In this document: piece after piece, positions 1 to 8,070 of the stretch | Layout of the letters: every line of letters starts with the position of its first letter | Position numbering within the stretch: the stretch's first letter is position 1 | IMG/VR virus record: IMGVR_UViG_3300007363_000011 | Coordinates: 1-38,424 of that record | Length of the DNA: 38,424 bases | Direction: 5' to 3' (one strand) | DNA from: a virus | Taxonomy: Duplodnaviria > Caudoviricetes | The notes under the pieces: model-generated | Told to the model about the DNA's origin: nothing | What the model saw: only the letters and a program-made list of their open reading frames with translations | The model's database searches: none | Made by a program: the position numbers and the translations under genes

Positions 1-1
1 G

Positions 2-208
2 GCTGCGGCGTGGGCTGCGGGGAGGGATGCGGCGATGGCTGCGGGGAGGGCTGCGAAGAGGGATGCGGCGAGGGATGCGGCGAGGGCTGCGGCGAGGGCT
101 GCGGCGATGGATGCGGCGAGGGCGTGGGATGCGGCGTGGGCTGCGGAACGCGCATGGCAACGCCAGCACTTCAACGCCACTGTCCTACCGCTACTTACTG
201 CTGAATGA
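2..208 (+). CDS. 3' part of the junction-spanning Imm5-like protein (…[10 protein letters not shown]…[23 protein letters not shown])
   Basis: Position 2 equals 38331, which is in frame with ATG 37908; TGA at 206-208. Confidence 0.85.
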   Translation, partial: AAAWAAGRDAAMAAGRAAKRDAARDAARAAARAAAMDAARAWDAAWAAERAWQRQHFNATVLPLLTAE

Positions 209-236
209 AGTTCGTTGCTGCGAAAGGAATCTAACC

Positions 237-926
237 GTGGCTGACGAGGGAATCCGGTACGGGTGGCACTTCCTTCCTGCTGACGGGAAGATGGCTTCGT
301 ACAACGGCAGCCGCCGAACCACCGTGAAGGTGGGCGGGGTCTACGCGGTCAAGGGCGAGATCTTCGTGTGCCGGAATGGGCTACACGGGTCAACCGATCC
401 GCTGGTGAGCCTTGACTACGCGCCGGGGGCGGTCGTGACGTGGTGCAAGTTTACCGGGCCGTTCTCAGACGACACCGATGGGAAGTTTGCCGCCCGATCG
501 CGTGAAGTGATAGCGATGGCCGATGTGACGCGCGAACTGCACGAGTTCGGCCTATGGGCTGCTCGTCGCGCCATGCTGCGCGAGCGCAAGGCTGGCCGTG
601 AGCCTGACAAGCGTTCGTGGGACGCGCTTGCCATCAAGCGCCGCTGGCTGGATGGCAAGACTACCGACTCCGAACTGGCTGCGGCGAAGGATGCGGCGAG
701 TGCTGCGGCGTGGGATGCGTCGAGGGCTCCGTCGAGGGATGCGGCGTGTGCTGCGGCGTCGGATGCGGCGTTTGCTGCGGCGTCGGATGCGGCGTCGACT
801 GCGGCGAGGGCTGCGAAGAGGGCTGCGGCGGGGGATGCGAAGAGGGCTGCGGCGTGGGATGCGGAACGTACCCACCAGCGCAAGATCCTTACCGCCTCCC
901 TGAACCGCGCGCTAGGGCTGCTCTAG
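237..926 (+). CDS. Imm5-like/Ala-rich repeat protein, paralog 2
   Basis: GTG at 237 after GAAAGGA; shares WHFL/YHFL, CxxGxH, YAPG, K(F/Y)AARSR and AAW(D/A)AER..QR with paralog 1. Confidence 0.8.
   Translation: MADEGIRYGWHFLPADGKMASYNGSRRTTVKVGGVYAVKGEIFVCRNGLHGSTDPLVSLDYAPGAVVTWCKFTGPFSDDTDGKFAARSREVIAMADVTRELHEFGLWAARRAMLRERKAGREPDKRSWDALAIKRRWLDGKTTDSELAAAKDAASAAAWDASRAPSRDAACAAASDAAFAAASDAASTAARAAKRAAAGDAKRAAAWDAERTHQRKILTASLNRALGLL
678..863 (+). repeat. Degenerate 12-bp tandem repeat G(A/C)T-GCG-GCG-NNN encoding (A/D)AAx; the same repeat type lies at 38318-38424 and 1-145
   Basis: Directly visible. Confidence 0.9.
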
Positions 927-969
927 GCGATGACTGGAATCCGCAATCATCAAGAGTAAGGAGACTGAC

Positions 970-1341
970 GTGATCGATCTTCACATTCACACCGCTATCA
1001 ACCCGAGTGACGTTTACCCGGTGCCGGGATGCGATGAGTGTCGCCTCGCTGAATACGCACAAGCGCAGCACACGCCGGGGCCGTGGCACTACGCAACTAA
1101 GGGGCCGGGGCTGCTTGGAATCTACGCTGGCGAGCGGTTTGCGATAGCGTCCGACCTCATCGCAGGCATCGCGTCCGCTGACAATCAGGTGGCGAACGCC
1201 CGCCTCATCGCCGCTGCGCCTGACCTGCTGGCGGCGCTGGACTTCCTGACACAAGCCGCGCGCACTGAGCCGGGCATGGCTATCTACGCTGCACATCTGG
1301 CACAGGCTGAGGACGCCATTCGCAAGGCGCGCGGACAGTGA
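970..1341 (+). CDS. Hypothetical phage protein (HTPGPW...ANARLIAAAPDLL family)
   Basis: RBS TAAGGAG, GTG start; motif common in phage early proteins. Confidence 0.8.
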   Translation: MIDLHIHTAINPSDVYPVPGCDECRLAEYAQAQHTPGPWHYATKGPGLLGIYAGERFAIASDLIAGIASADNQVANARLIAAAPDLLAALDFLTQAARTEPGMAIYAAHLAQAEDAIRKARGQ

Positions 1342-1371
1342 CGCTTGCTTGGTCAAGTAAGGAGACTAACG

Positions 1372-1620
1372 ATGACCACCATCAACAGTGACGAATATCG
1401 CCAGCGTGTGCCCTGCGTGCACATGACGATCAAGCGCTTCACGAAGATCGACCCGACGCGCGAATGGTTCATGCACCGCGACGGCCAGTGCGACGGCTGG
1501 GTCGGCTTCGACGCGACCGGGCAGAATGTGCACTGCCCGCGCTGCAACAAGAGCGCGCACATCACCAACGTACGCACCATCTACGGCAAAACGGACGATG
1601 GTGGGGAAGTAGGGGCGTAA
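1372..1620 (+). CDS. Hypothetical Cys-containing protein
   Basis: RBS TAAGGAG before ATG 1372; CPRC motif. Confidence 0.7.
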   Translation: MTTINSDEYRQRVPCVHMTIKRFTKIDPTREWFMHRDGQCDGWVGFDATGQNVHCPRCNKSAHITNVRTIYGKTDDGGEVGA

Positions 1621-1622
1621 CG

Positions 1623-1700
1623 ATGGGAATATTTGTCCTAGGTTTTATCATCGGGTTCGCAGCGCGTGAGTTGCTGCGACAGTATCACGAAGAGTTTTAG
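1623..1700 (+). CDS. 25-aa putative membrane peptide
   Basis: MGIFVLGFIIGFAARELLRQYHEEF fills the gap between neighbouring genes. Confidence 0.5.
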   Translation: MGIFVLGFIIGFAARELLRQYHEEF

Positions 1701-1712
1701 GGAGGGCGCATC

Positions 1713-2000
1713 GTGAAGATTTACGATTACATTCAAGACCCCGGCCACGGGTGGCTCAAGGTTCCGGTGTCGGAAGTTATGAAGCACAGGTTCGAACGTC
1801 CCGGTGCGGATGAGAAGTGGCCGTATCAGGGGCGGCGCGTGTCGTGGTTCTCACCTATTAAGGGCGCTTACATTTATCTGGAGGAGGATTGCGATATGGG
1901 TGCGTTCCTCGCCGCGCTGGAGGAGGACGGATTCGACAAGCCTACTATCAATGAAGTGATTGTTTCCGACACCGACAAGCGTAACCCGCGTAATTTCTAG
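1713..2000 (+). CDS. Conserved hypothetical phage protein (DPGHGWL...YLEEDCD)
   Basis: RBS GGGAGG; recurrent phage motif pair. Confidence 0.8.
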   Translation: MKIYDYIQDPGHGWLKVPVSEVMKHRFERPGADEKWPYQGRRVSWFSPIKGAYIYLEEDCDMGAFLAALEEDGFDKPTINEVIVSDTDKRNPRNF

Positions 2001-2010
2001 GGGAGTAACT

Positions 2011-2277
2011 ATGTCTGATGAATACAACGGCTGGACTAATCGCGAGACGTGGACGGCGGCGCTCTGGATCAACAACGATCAGGGTATGCAAGAGATCGCT
2101 ATTGACCTTGCCAAGAGTGACAAATACGGGTACGCAATCCGCGATATGTTCGAGGATATCTCTAACGATGTGGCAGACGGTATCGCTACACGAGAAACAA
2201 TCATGATGATTGTGGAGATCGGAAGCATGTGGCGCGTCAACTGGCGGGAGATTAGAGACTCACTTATTGAGGAGTAA
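2011..2277 (+). CDS. Conserved hypothetical phage protein (YNGWTNxETW family)
   Basis: RBS GGGGAG; N-terminal YNGWTNRETW. Confidence 0.8.
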   Translation: MSDEYNGWTNRETWTAALWINNDQGMQEIAIDLAKSDKYGYAIRDMFEDISNDVADGIATRETIMMIVEIGSMWRVNWREIRDSLIEE

Positions 2278-2324
2278 CAACATATTGATTGGTGTAGGAT
2301 TGTTGAGTAGTGGAGAGAGATCCA

Positions 2325-2891
2325 ATGCCGACGTTCTCACGCGGAAACTCTAAGACCGGCAACGTGATCACGTACTCGCGCACTCCCGGCGACACTTGTC
2401 CCGGTGCATCCGATTTGTGCGCCAGTATCTGCTATGCCAAGCGCCCATATCGGCGTTACTCGCAGACCCGCGCGCAATGGGACGCAAACGCAAGCGTCAC
2501 GGATATCCCGACCCTGCCGCTAGGCCCCGCTACGATCCGGCTTCACGTATCCGGCGATTTCGATACTGCCGAATACATCCTAGCATGGTATTTCGCACTG
2601 CGTGCGCGTCCTGACGTGGTGGCGTGGACGTACACGCGATCGTGGCGCGTCCCGGAACTCCTGCCCTATTTGGAGAAGTTGCGCGGACTGCCGAACGTAC
2701 AGATGTTCGCGTCCACCGATCAGGCCATCACCGAAACTCACCCGGATGGTTGGCGCGTGGCATTCATCGACGGTGACGATCGCTACAGCGGGATCACTTG
2801 CCCGGAACAGACCGGAGTCAAGGCATCGTGCGAGGAGTGCGGGATTTGCTTCATCGGCAAGCGCGGCAATGTCCGATTCCTGAAACACTAA
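2325..2891 (+). CDS. Gp88-like Cys-rich (putative Fe-S) protein
   Basis: GNSK, TCPGASxxCxxxCYA, RLHVSGDF, YTRSW, CPEQ...CxxCxxC. Confidence 0.75.
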   Translation: MPTFSRGNSKTGNVITYSRTPGDTCPGASDLCASICYAKRPYRRYSQTRAQWDANASVTDIPTLPLGPATIRLHVSGDFDTAEYILAWYFALRARPDVVAWTYTRSWRVPELLPYLEKLRGLPNVQMFASTDQAITETHPDGWRVAFIDGDDRYSGITCPEQTGVKASCEECGICFIGKRGNVRFLKH

Positions 2892-2967
2892 GCCGCCTTA
2901 GCATTTAGCGGTATCATTAACAGTAGTTCAATATTTGTATCAGGTTCTTACGGAAGGGATTGGAATC

Positions 2968-3936
2968 ATGCCTGCTAACATTGAGAAGATGGCTTATGTG
3001 TCGAGCGAGGGCGGTACGTGGCACGGTCTAGGCGAGGCGCTTGACCGCTACCCTACCAGCACCGAGATGCTGAAGGCGTCCGGGCTGGATTGGGGGGTGG
3101 AGCGCAGCCCCATGCTGGATGACACGCTGCGCCTGTTCCCCGGTCGCTACATCCTGCGCCGGGATTCGGATGGCGCACCGCTGGGGACGGTCGGTGACGG
3201 GTATCAGGCGGATGCACCGCGTGACCTGTTCGCGTTCGGTGACGGTGTAGTGCAGGACGGTCAGGCTACGTGGTCTACAGCGGGGTCTATCCTGCGCGGT
3301 GGACTGCCCAACGTGTGGGCATCGATGCGAATCGAAGATGACTGGCGCATCGCTGACGAGGAATACAAGCCGTACCTGTTTATTGCTACAGACTATGACG
3401 GCAAGTTGTCTTTTACTGCGAAGCCGACGGCTATCCGGGTGGTGTGCGCCAACACGTTCGCACTTGCGGAGAAGGCTAGCGGAGGGGTGACTATTAGGCA
3501 TAACGCTAAGAATCGGGACGCGCAGTTTGCTGAGGCCCGTCGCCTACTGTCTATCACGACGGAAGAGATGCGCCGGTTCAAGACGTGGGCTGAGGAGCAG
3601 CAGCAGCGGGTTGCTACCAGCGACCTGACTACTAAGGTGGAGGAGATTATTGCACCGAAGCCGGTGAGCGATGATGTCGAGGTGCGCCGCAAGGCTGAGA
3701 CGATGCGAGACAACGTGCTCACCCGGTTCAACAATGACTTCCTTGCACCGGAGATTGATCGTAACGGGCGCACGCGGTACTCACTGTGGAACGCAGTGAC
3801 TGGGTACGCCGACCACGGGGCGCGTCTCCGCAAGACTGAGGGCAACACTGAGAGTCAGGCTCGCCTGATGTCTACGATGTTCGGGACTGGCGCTAACCTG
3901 AAGAGCAAGGCGTATGCCCTGCTCGCCACGTACTAG
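2968..3936 (+). CDS. DUF932 / TIGR03299-like phage-plasmid protein
   Basis: WHGLG, GLDWxV, TAGS, RVVCANT, IRH and WNAVTGYADH motifs. Confidence 0.85.
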   Translation: MPANIEKMAYVSSEGGTWHGLGEALDRYPTSTEMLKASGLDWGVERSPMLDDTLRLFPGRYILRRDSDGAPLGTVGDGYQADAPRDLFAFGDGVVQDGQATWSTAGSILRGGLPNVWASMRIEDDWRIADEEYKPYLFIATDYDGKLSFTAKPTAIRVVCANTFALAEKASGGVTIRHNAKNRDAQFAEARRLLSITTEEMRRFKTWAEEQQQRVATSDLTTKVEEIIAPKPVSDDVEVRRKAETMRDNVLTRFNNDFLAPEIDRNGRTRYSLWNAVTGYADHGARLRKTEGNTESQARLMSTMFGTGANLKSKAYALLATY

Positions 3937-3946
3937 GGAGTAAGAA

Positions 3947-4213
3947 ATGAAGAAGATTGTGAACGTTGCAGAGGTCGATGGCGAGGGGTTGGTCGCTATG
4001 CTTGGCGAGCCAATCACGTTGTTCTGCGTCAACTACATCTACAGCGGTCGCCTGACTGGTGTAAACGATACGTGCGTGCTGCTAGAGGACGCGCACATCG
4101 TTTATGAGACTGGCCCATTCGACGCCGCAATGTGGAAGGACTCGCAGCGACTCCCCGGCGGCACGTGGTACGTGCAAATCTCTGCGATTGAGTCATTCGG
4201 CGGGGGCAAGTAA
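3947..4213 (+). CDS. Small beta-barrel protein, possibly Sm/LSm-like
   Basis: LGEPITLF...YSGRLTGVNDTCVLLEDA...YVQISAIESF resembles Sm1/Sm2 spacing; RBS GGGAG. Confidence 0.6.
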   Translation: MKKIVNVAEVDGEGLVAMLGEPITLFCVNYIYSGRLTGVNDTCVLLEDAHIVYETGPFDAAMWKDSQRLPGGTWYVQISAIESFGGGK

Positions 4214-4422
4214 TGCAAACCGTTTTGAAGCAGCGGTCGCGGTCGTGGTCGTGGTCGGGGTCGCGGTCGGGGTCGCGGTCGGGGTCGCGGTCGTGGTCGG
4301 GGTCGCGGTCGCGGTCGCGGTCGTGGTCGGGGTCGCGGTCGGGGTCGTGGTCGTGGTCGGGGTCGCGGTCGCGGTCGCGGTCGTGGTCGGGGTCGCGGTC
4401 GGGAGTCTATCAAAATTGCTAA
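4213..4422 (+). CDS. Ser-(Arg/Trp/Gly) dipeptide-repeat peptide
   Basis: TAATG stop/start overlap with the upstream gene selects this frame. Confidence 0.65.
   Translation: MQTVLKQRSRSWSWSGSRSGSRSGSRSWSGSRSRSRSWSGSRSGSWSWSGSRSRSRSWSGSRSGVYQNC
4234..4404 (+). repeat. ~28 hexamers TCG-BGG (B = C, T or G) with a 60-bp higher-order period
   Basis: Directly visible; rows starting 4261, 4321 and 4381 are near-identical. Confidence 0.95.
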
Positions 4423-4437
4423 TGAGGGGAACAAGTA

Positions 4438-4779
4438 ATGAATGAAACAAATAGCGAGTACGAATTCCCACCGTCTACGCTTGCCCATATTCGAGAGAAG
4501 ATGGAAGAAGGCGCAATGCTATCCACTCAAGTAGAGATGCTAGAGGAGTTCAATGATCTTCTCGATGACCTTTCACGGGAGGGGCGGTGCGGTTGTGCTC
4601 AATCTGAGTTCCTTTCCGCTGTGTCAGCACGCTATGCCAACGCTTTACGTGGGTGCTACACTCAATTCCCCGGCCAGTCTGTCAATGAATTGCAGGAGTT
4701 TGCTAGACAGTACGCTGATTTCATGATTGAGGTATGCGATATGTATGAGTCAGTGGTTGGGGTGCATAGCGATGAGTAG
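4438..4779 (+). CDS. Hypothetical protein
   Basis: RBS GAGGGG; acidic, helical-looking ORF. Confidence 0.7.
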   Translation: MNETNSEYEFPPSTLAHIREKMEEGAMLSTQVEMLEEFNDLLDDLSREGRCGCAQSEFLSAVSARYANALRGCYTQFPGQSVNELQEFARQYADFMIEVCDMYESVVGVHSDE

Positions 4780-4978
4780 TTCTTTCGAGCACCAGAAGTT
4801 AGACGGTCTGCTCGCTGCTAAGATGGCAGACTACCTTATTGCCATGACGCCGGGAGTAGATAACAAAGAGCGCAACGGATTGATTACTCACCTGTATTCT
4901 TTCCTGCGTAACGAAGCAGACTGCCCGGTGTGGGCGCACGATTTCGGCTGGCCGCCGATTGAACACGAAGAGGATTAA
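4772..4978 (+). CDS. Hypothetical protein
   Basis: ATG overlaps the end of the previous gene. Confidence 0.65.
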   Translation: MSSSFEHQKLDGLLAAKMADYLIAMTPGVDNKERNGLITHLYSFLRNEADCPVWAHDFGWPPIEHEED

Positions 4979-5056
4979 CGTGAATCAGACTCAAATGAGA
5001 ATCAACAATAAACTTTACTTCACTGACGATTGGCGTAAGGTTAAGTGTCTTTACTA

Positions 5057-5290
5057 ATGGAAACAGTTGAATACAAGACGCTCATGAAGCGCGGTCGCAA
5101 GCCAGTGATTACTACGAAGTTGCTTGGCATTAAGCCGGGCGAGGTAGTTGAGTGGCACAACAATTCACAGCGGACTATCTACCTGCTGGCGCGTCGTAAT
5201 AACCTAAAGGGAAAGTTTGCTACACGTATTATCGACGGCAAGATGTATGTGTCACGCAAGGTAGAACCCGATGCGCCCGAGTTGGGATGA
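5057..5290 (+). CDS. Small basic protein, possibly DNA-binding
   Basis: KRGRKP motif; preceded by promoter-like TTTACT-N16-TAAGGT (5014-5041). Confidence 0.6.
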   Translation: METVEYKTLMKRGRKPVITTKLLGIKPGEVVEWHNNSQRTIYLLARRNNLKGKFATRIIDGKMYVSRKVEPDAPELG

Positions 5291-5636
5291 TTACTTCAAT
5301 GTGATTGCCATTGATGTGTCCTCTAGGGCTACGTGCCCTAGGGCGCATGTCGGTGCAGTCATTGTGTCTGATGACAATCGCATCCTAGCAACGGGGTACA
5401 ACGGTTCACCACCGGGAGAACCCCATTGCATTGATGAGGGTTGTGTCATGGAGGATGGTCATTGTCAGAGGGCACTACACGCCGAGGTGAATGCGGTAGC
5501 GCATGCTGCTAGGGCTGGTATTCCAGTAGGCGGATCGAGGTTGTACCTCTATGGCAGCAACGGATACCGTGAACCGTGCAGAGAATGTTTTAAGGTATTG
5601 AAAGCGGCAGCGGTTCGGTTCGTGCTGTCCGAGTAA
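5271..5636 (+). CDS. dCMP (deoxycytidylate) deaminase
   Basis: RPSWDDYF, RATCPR, VGAVI, TGYNG, HAEVNA, PCxxC. Confidence 0.92.
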   Translation: MRPSWDDYFNVIAIDVSSRATCPRAHVGAVIVSDDNRILATGYNGSPPGEPHCIDEGCVMEDGHCQRALHAEVNAVAHAARAGIPVGGSRLYLYGSNGYREPCRECFKVLKAAAVRFVLSE

Positions 5637-5682
5637 CCTATCTGGTTACGCCCGAAGTGTAGCATACCCGTCAACCTTTCGG

Positions 5683-5711
5683 TTGTAATTTATTGTGTTA
5701 GCCTCTAAGAT
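5683..5711 (+). promoter_or_regulatory. sigma70-type promoter
   Basis: TTGTAA-N17-TAAGAT in an AT-rich gap. Confidence 0.65.
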
Positions 5712-5717
5712 TTAACA

Positions 5718-5948
5718 ATCCAAGTCACCCCATTCAGGGGAGAACGGTGAGATAATCTACTCAGCCCGCCCCTGACATCTGGGGAGACGCCAGAGGGTGG
5801 GCAACAATGGCGGCGTCGGCGTGGCGAGATGACACGCACGTACACTCATTAGTTCTTAGTTCACCCTACTGTGTAGGGGACGAGGGGCTGGCGGTGGACG
5901 GACTGGGGAGTAGTCAGGGCAGGACTGACACGCCACCTCCAAAGAACG
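5718..5948 (+). ncRNA. Candidate structured RNA or long leader
   Basis: Several nested stems immediately downstream of the promoter (see findings). Confidence 0.4.
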
Positions 5949-5956
5949 GATACCTT

Positions 5957-6379
5957 TTGAAGTACCTATTCATTGCACCGCTGCTCATGTACGGTGCCCT
6001 GTGGGCGCAACGCCCCGAACCCCCGACCATCAAGATCACCAAGGCACCCGTGGAATATATTGTTACAGATTTTACTCCGGGTGTGGAGGTGCAGGATGGT
6101 TGGGCTAGGTCACTTACTTATGAACAGTGGCGTGCAGTGTTGGTATTCCCGGAGGAGTACCAGTACGCAATGGCTCGCATCGGGTGGTGCGAATCTAGGT
6201 TTGACCCTACTTCAATCGGTTACTATGGCGAGCGTGGCGCATGGCAAGTGCGTCCTGAATTCTGGGGAGAAGTGCCACCCGACCTATTAGGTCAGGCTCG
6301 TCAGGCATCTCTGATTGTCCAGCAGTGGGGAACTGAACCGTGGTCTACTAAGAATGGTTGTGATGGTTGGGGCAGATGA
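5957..6379 (+). CDS. Lysozyme-like / SLT transglycosylase with N-terminal hydrophobic anchor
   Basis: Probable TTG start giving MKYLFIAPLLMYGALWA; CESRFDP...GAWQ...PW signature. Confidence 0.7.
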   Translation: MKYLFIAPLLMYGALWAQRPEPPTIKITKAPVEYIVTDFTPGVEVQDGWARSLTYEQWRAVLVFPEEYQYAMARIGWCESRFDPTSIGYYGERGAWQVRPEFWGEVPPDLLGQARQASLIVQQWGTEPWSTKNGCDGWGR

Positions 6380-6622
6380 ATGAGCAGTTGGACACACTGT
6401 GACAACTGCGGCAACGCTGCCAAGGATGATGAACTTGACGGCTGGTACGCAGTGTTCTGCCCCGAGCATAGAAGCCAAGAACTGTTAGAACTGTCGGCAT
6501 TCTTTAATGCACAAATAGTAGGAAGGCGTAAACAGGAACCACTTGAATTCTGTTCCGCCAACTGTGTCCAATCATACTTCTTTTGGAAAGATAAACTGAA
6601 TGTCGGCAGTCCTGATTCTTAG
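6380..6622 (+). CDS. Hypothetical Zn-finger protein
   Basis: CDNC...FCSANC. Confidence 0.65.
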   Translation: MSSWTHCDNCGNAAKDDELDGWYAVFCPEHRSQELLELSAFFNAQIVGRRKQEPLEFCSANCVQSYFFWKDKLNVGSPDS

Positions 6623-6812
6623 TAAGTCGCCACGGTTTCACACTGCGCTGCACTGTGATTCTATCTACAATCCTAATATGGTGAACAAGATTGATAGCGT
6701 AATTGTTACCACTCTTGAAAAGGCAAAGGCCAGTGGCAAGAGACGGTGCAAGAACTCCGAGTGTATCGCCACCCCCTACTACTGGTGGAAGGAAGGGGAA
6801 GACCTGCTATGA
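6600..6812 (+). CDS. Hypothetical protein
   Basis: FH...HC...RRCKNSEC; ATGA overlap with the next gene. Confidence 0.6.
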   Translation: MSAVLILSKSPRFHTALHCDSIYNPNMVNKIDSVIVTTLEKAKASGKRRCKNSECIATPYYWWKEGEDLL

Positions 6813-7681
6813 ATATAACTAATAAGTTATACCTACCAGAACCGCTATACATGGCGGTGGCTACCGCACCGTACTCGCGTGGCGAGTCTGACATCTCCGC
6901 TACCGCGCTCATTGATTCGCCCCGCAAGGTTGCACTGGAAGAAAAGTACAGTCACCTATTGGGTGAAGACATCTCTAAGATGGGCGCAATGATTGGCGGC
7001 AACGCCTTTCACGCCTACGTTAAGGGCACCGGAGAACTTGACGACGCGCTGCGCCTAACCATGAAGGTCAATGGTTGGGTGGTATCGGGTCAGACTGACC
7101 ACGTTACCGGCGAACACATCATCGACTACAAGACGTGCCGGGTAGCGAAGTACATGCGCGGGCTGAACAAGGGGCACGAGGATTGGGAGGCGCAACTTAA
7201 TATCTATGCCGAACTGCTACGCTCTAATGGATATGAAGTAAACAAACTTAGTATCTGTGCGTGGCTCAAAGACTGGTCTATTGAGAACGCCGGGTACGAC
7301 AACGGCTACCCTGAGTCAGACATCGTGATGATTGACATCCCGCTGTGGCCTGTATCTAAGGCTCAGGATTACATCATCGAGCGCGTCCTGCTACATCAGG
7401 CTGCGCGCAAGTCACTGCCGCTGTGTTCCCCCGATGAACTATGGGGCGAGGATACGTGGGCGGTGATGCGCCCCAATGCCAAGCGTGCGTCAAAGGTCGA
7501 GAAGACTGAGCAGGATGCACAGGGATGGATTGACAGTAAGCGGGAAGCGGGAGACGCTACCGAATACTGGATCGAATACCGTCAAGGTGAACCCAGACGC
7601 TGTAGATTCTACTGCAACGTCGGTAAGGCTGGACTCTGCGACCAGTATGAGCAGGCCAAGTTGAACGAAGGAGTTGCGTAA
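6809..7681 (+). CDS. PD-(D/E)XK (Cas4/RecB-like) nuclease
   Basis: MNITNK..LP, SATAL, GxxFH, SGQTD, IDYKT, QLNIY, RCxxYC. Confidence 0.85.
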   Translation: MNITNKLYLPEPLYMAVATAPYSRGESDISATALIDSPRKVALEEKYSHLLGEDISKMGAMIGGNAFHAYVKGTGELDDALRLTMKVNGWVVSGQTDHVTGEHIIDYKTCRVAKYMRGLNKGHEDWEAQLNIYAELLRSNGYEVNKLSICAWLKDWSIENAGYDNGYPESDIVMIDIPLWPVSKAQDYIIERVLLHQAARKSLPLCSPDELWGEDTWAVMRPNAKRASKVEKTEQDAQGWIDSKREAGDATEYWIEYRQGEPRRCRFYCNVGKAGLCDQYEQAKLNEGVA

Positions 7682-8070
7682 TGTCAAACTTTACTCACCG
7701 GATTGCATGGGATACACCCTACTGCTACACCGAAGTAACCTACGATACCGATGAAGTCATGACCGATGAGATCATGCAGAGCCTTGCCAATCACGCTGTG
7801 TCTATGGAGGCAGCGATGCTGGAGGTTGGTGGCGGCCCGCGTCAGTACTCTCCTGCTGGTCAAGAGGCGATGGCTAACGGTGCTGTGCCAGTGGCGGGGA
7901 ACCTGCCTAGCAACAACGTAAGTGGCAAGACTTGTAAGAACTGCGGTGGCCCCACTAAGGCTGGTGATTGGCGCAATGGTCAGTACGGTGTATCCCGTCC
8001 GTTGGAGTGCCTGAGCGGGTGTCTCAACGAGAAGGGCTACCCTCTGGCTACGTGGGAAAAGAAGAAGTAA
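7681..8070 (+). CDS. Hypothetical protein with C-terminal Zn ribbon
   Basis: TAATG coupling; CKNCGG...CLSGC. Confidence 0.7.
   Translation: MSNFTHRIAWDTPYCYTEVTYDTDEVMTDEIMQSLANHAVSMEAAMLEVGGGPRQYSPAGQEAMANGAVPVAGNLPSNNVSGKTCKNCGGPTKAGDWRNGQYGVSRPLECLSGCLNEKGYPLATWEKKK

Noticed and set aside
1-95. Terminal repeat as a biological direct terminal repeat
   Set aside because: It falls mid-gene inside a low-complexity tract; best explained as an assembler overlap
10-973. CGEG-repeat, MRRG-repeat and reverse-strand ORFs
   Set aside because: Shadow frames of the 12-bp repeats; the Ala-rich frame has the RBS and the paralog similarity
4102-4488. Poly-(PR), poly-(VA) and poly-(TA/TP) ORFs
   Set aside because: Alternative frames of the stop-free hexamer repeat; only the Ser-X frame has a coupled start
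5807-5956. N-terminal 50 aa of the tracked 190-aa ORF
   Set aside because: No SD sequence, lies in the structured region, and would bury the signal-like segment starting at TTG 5957
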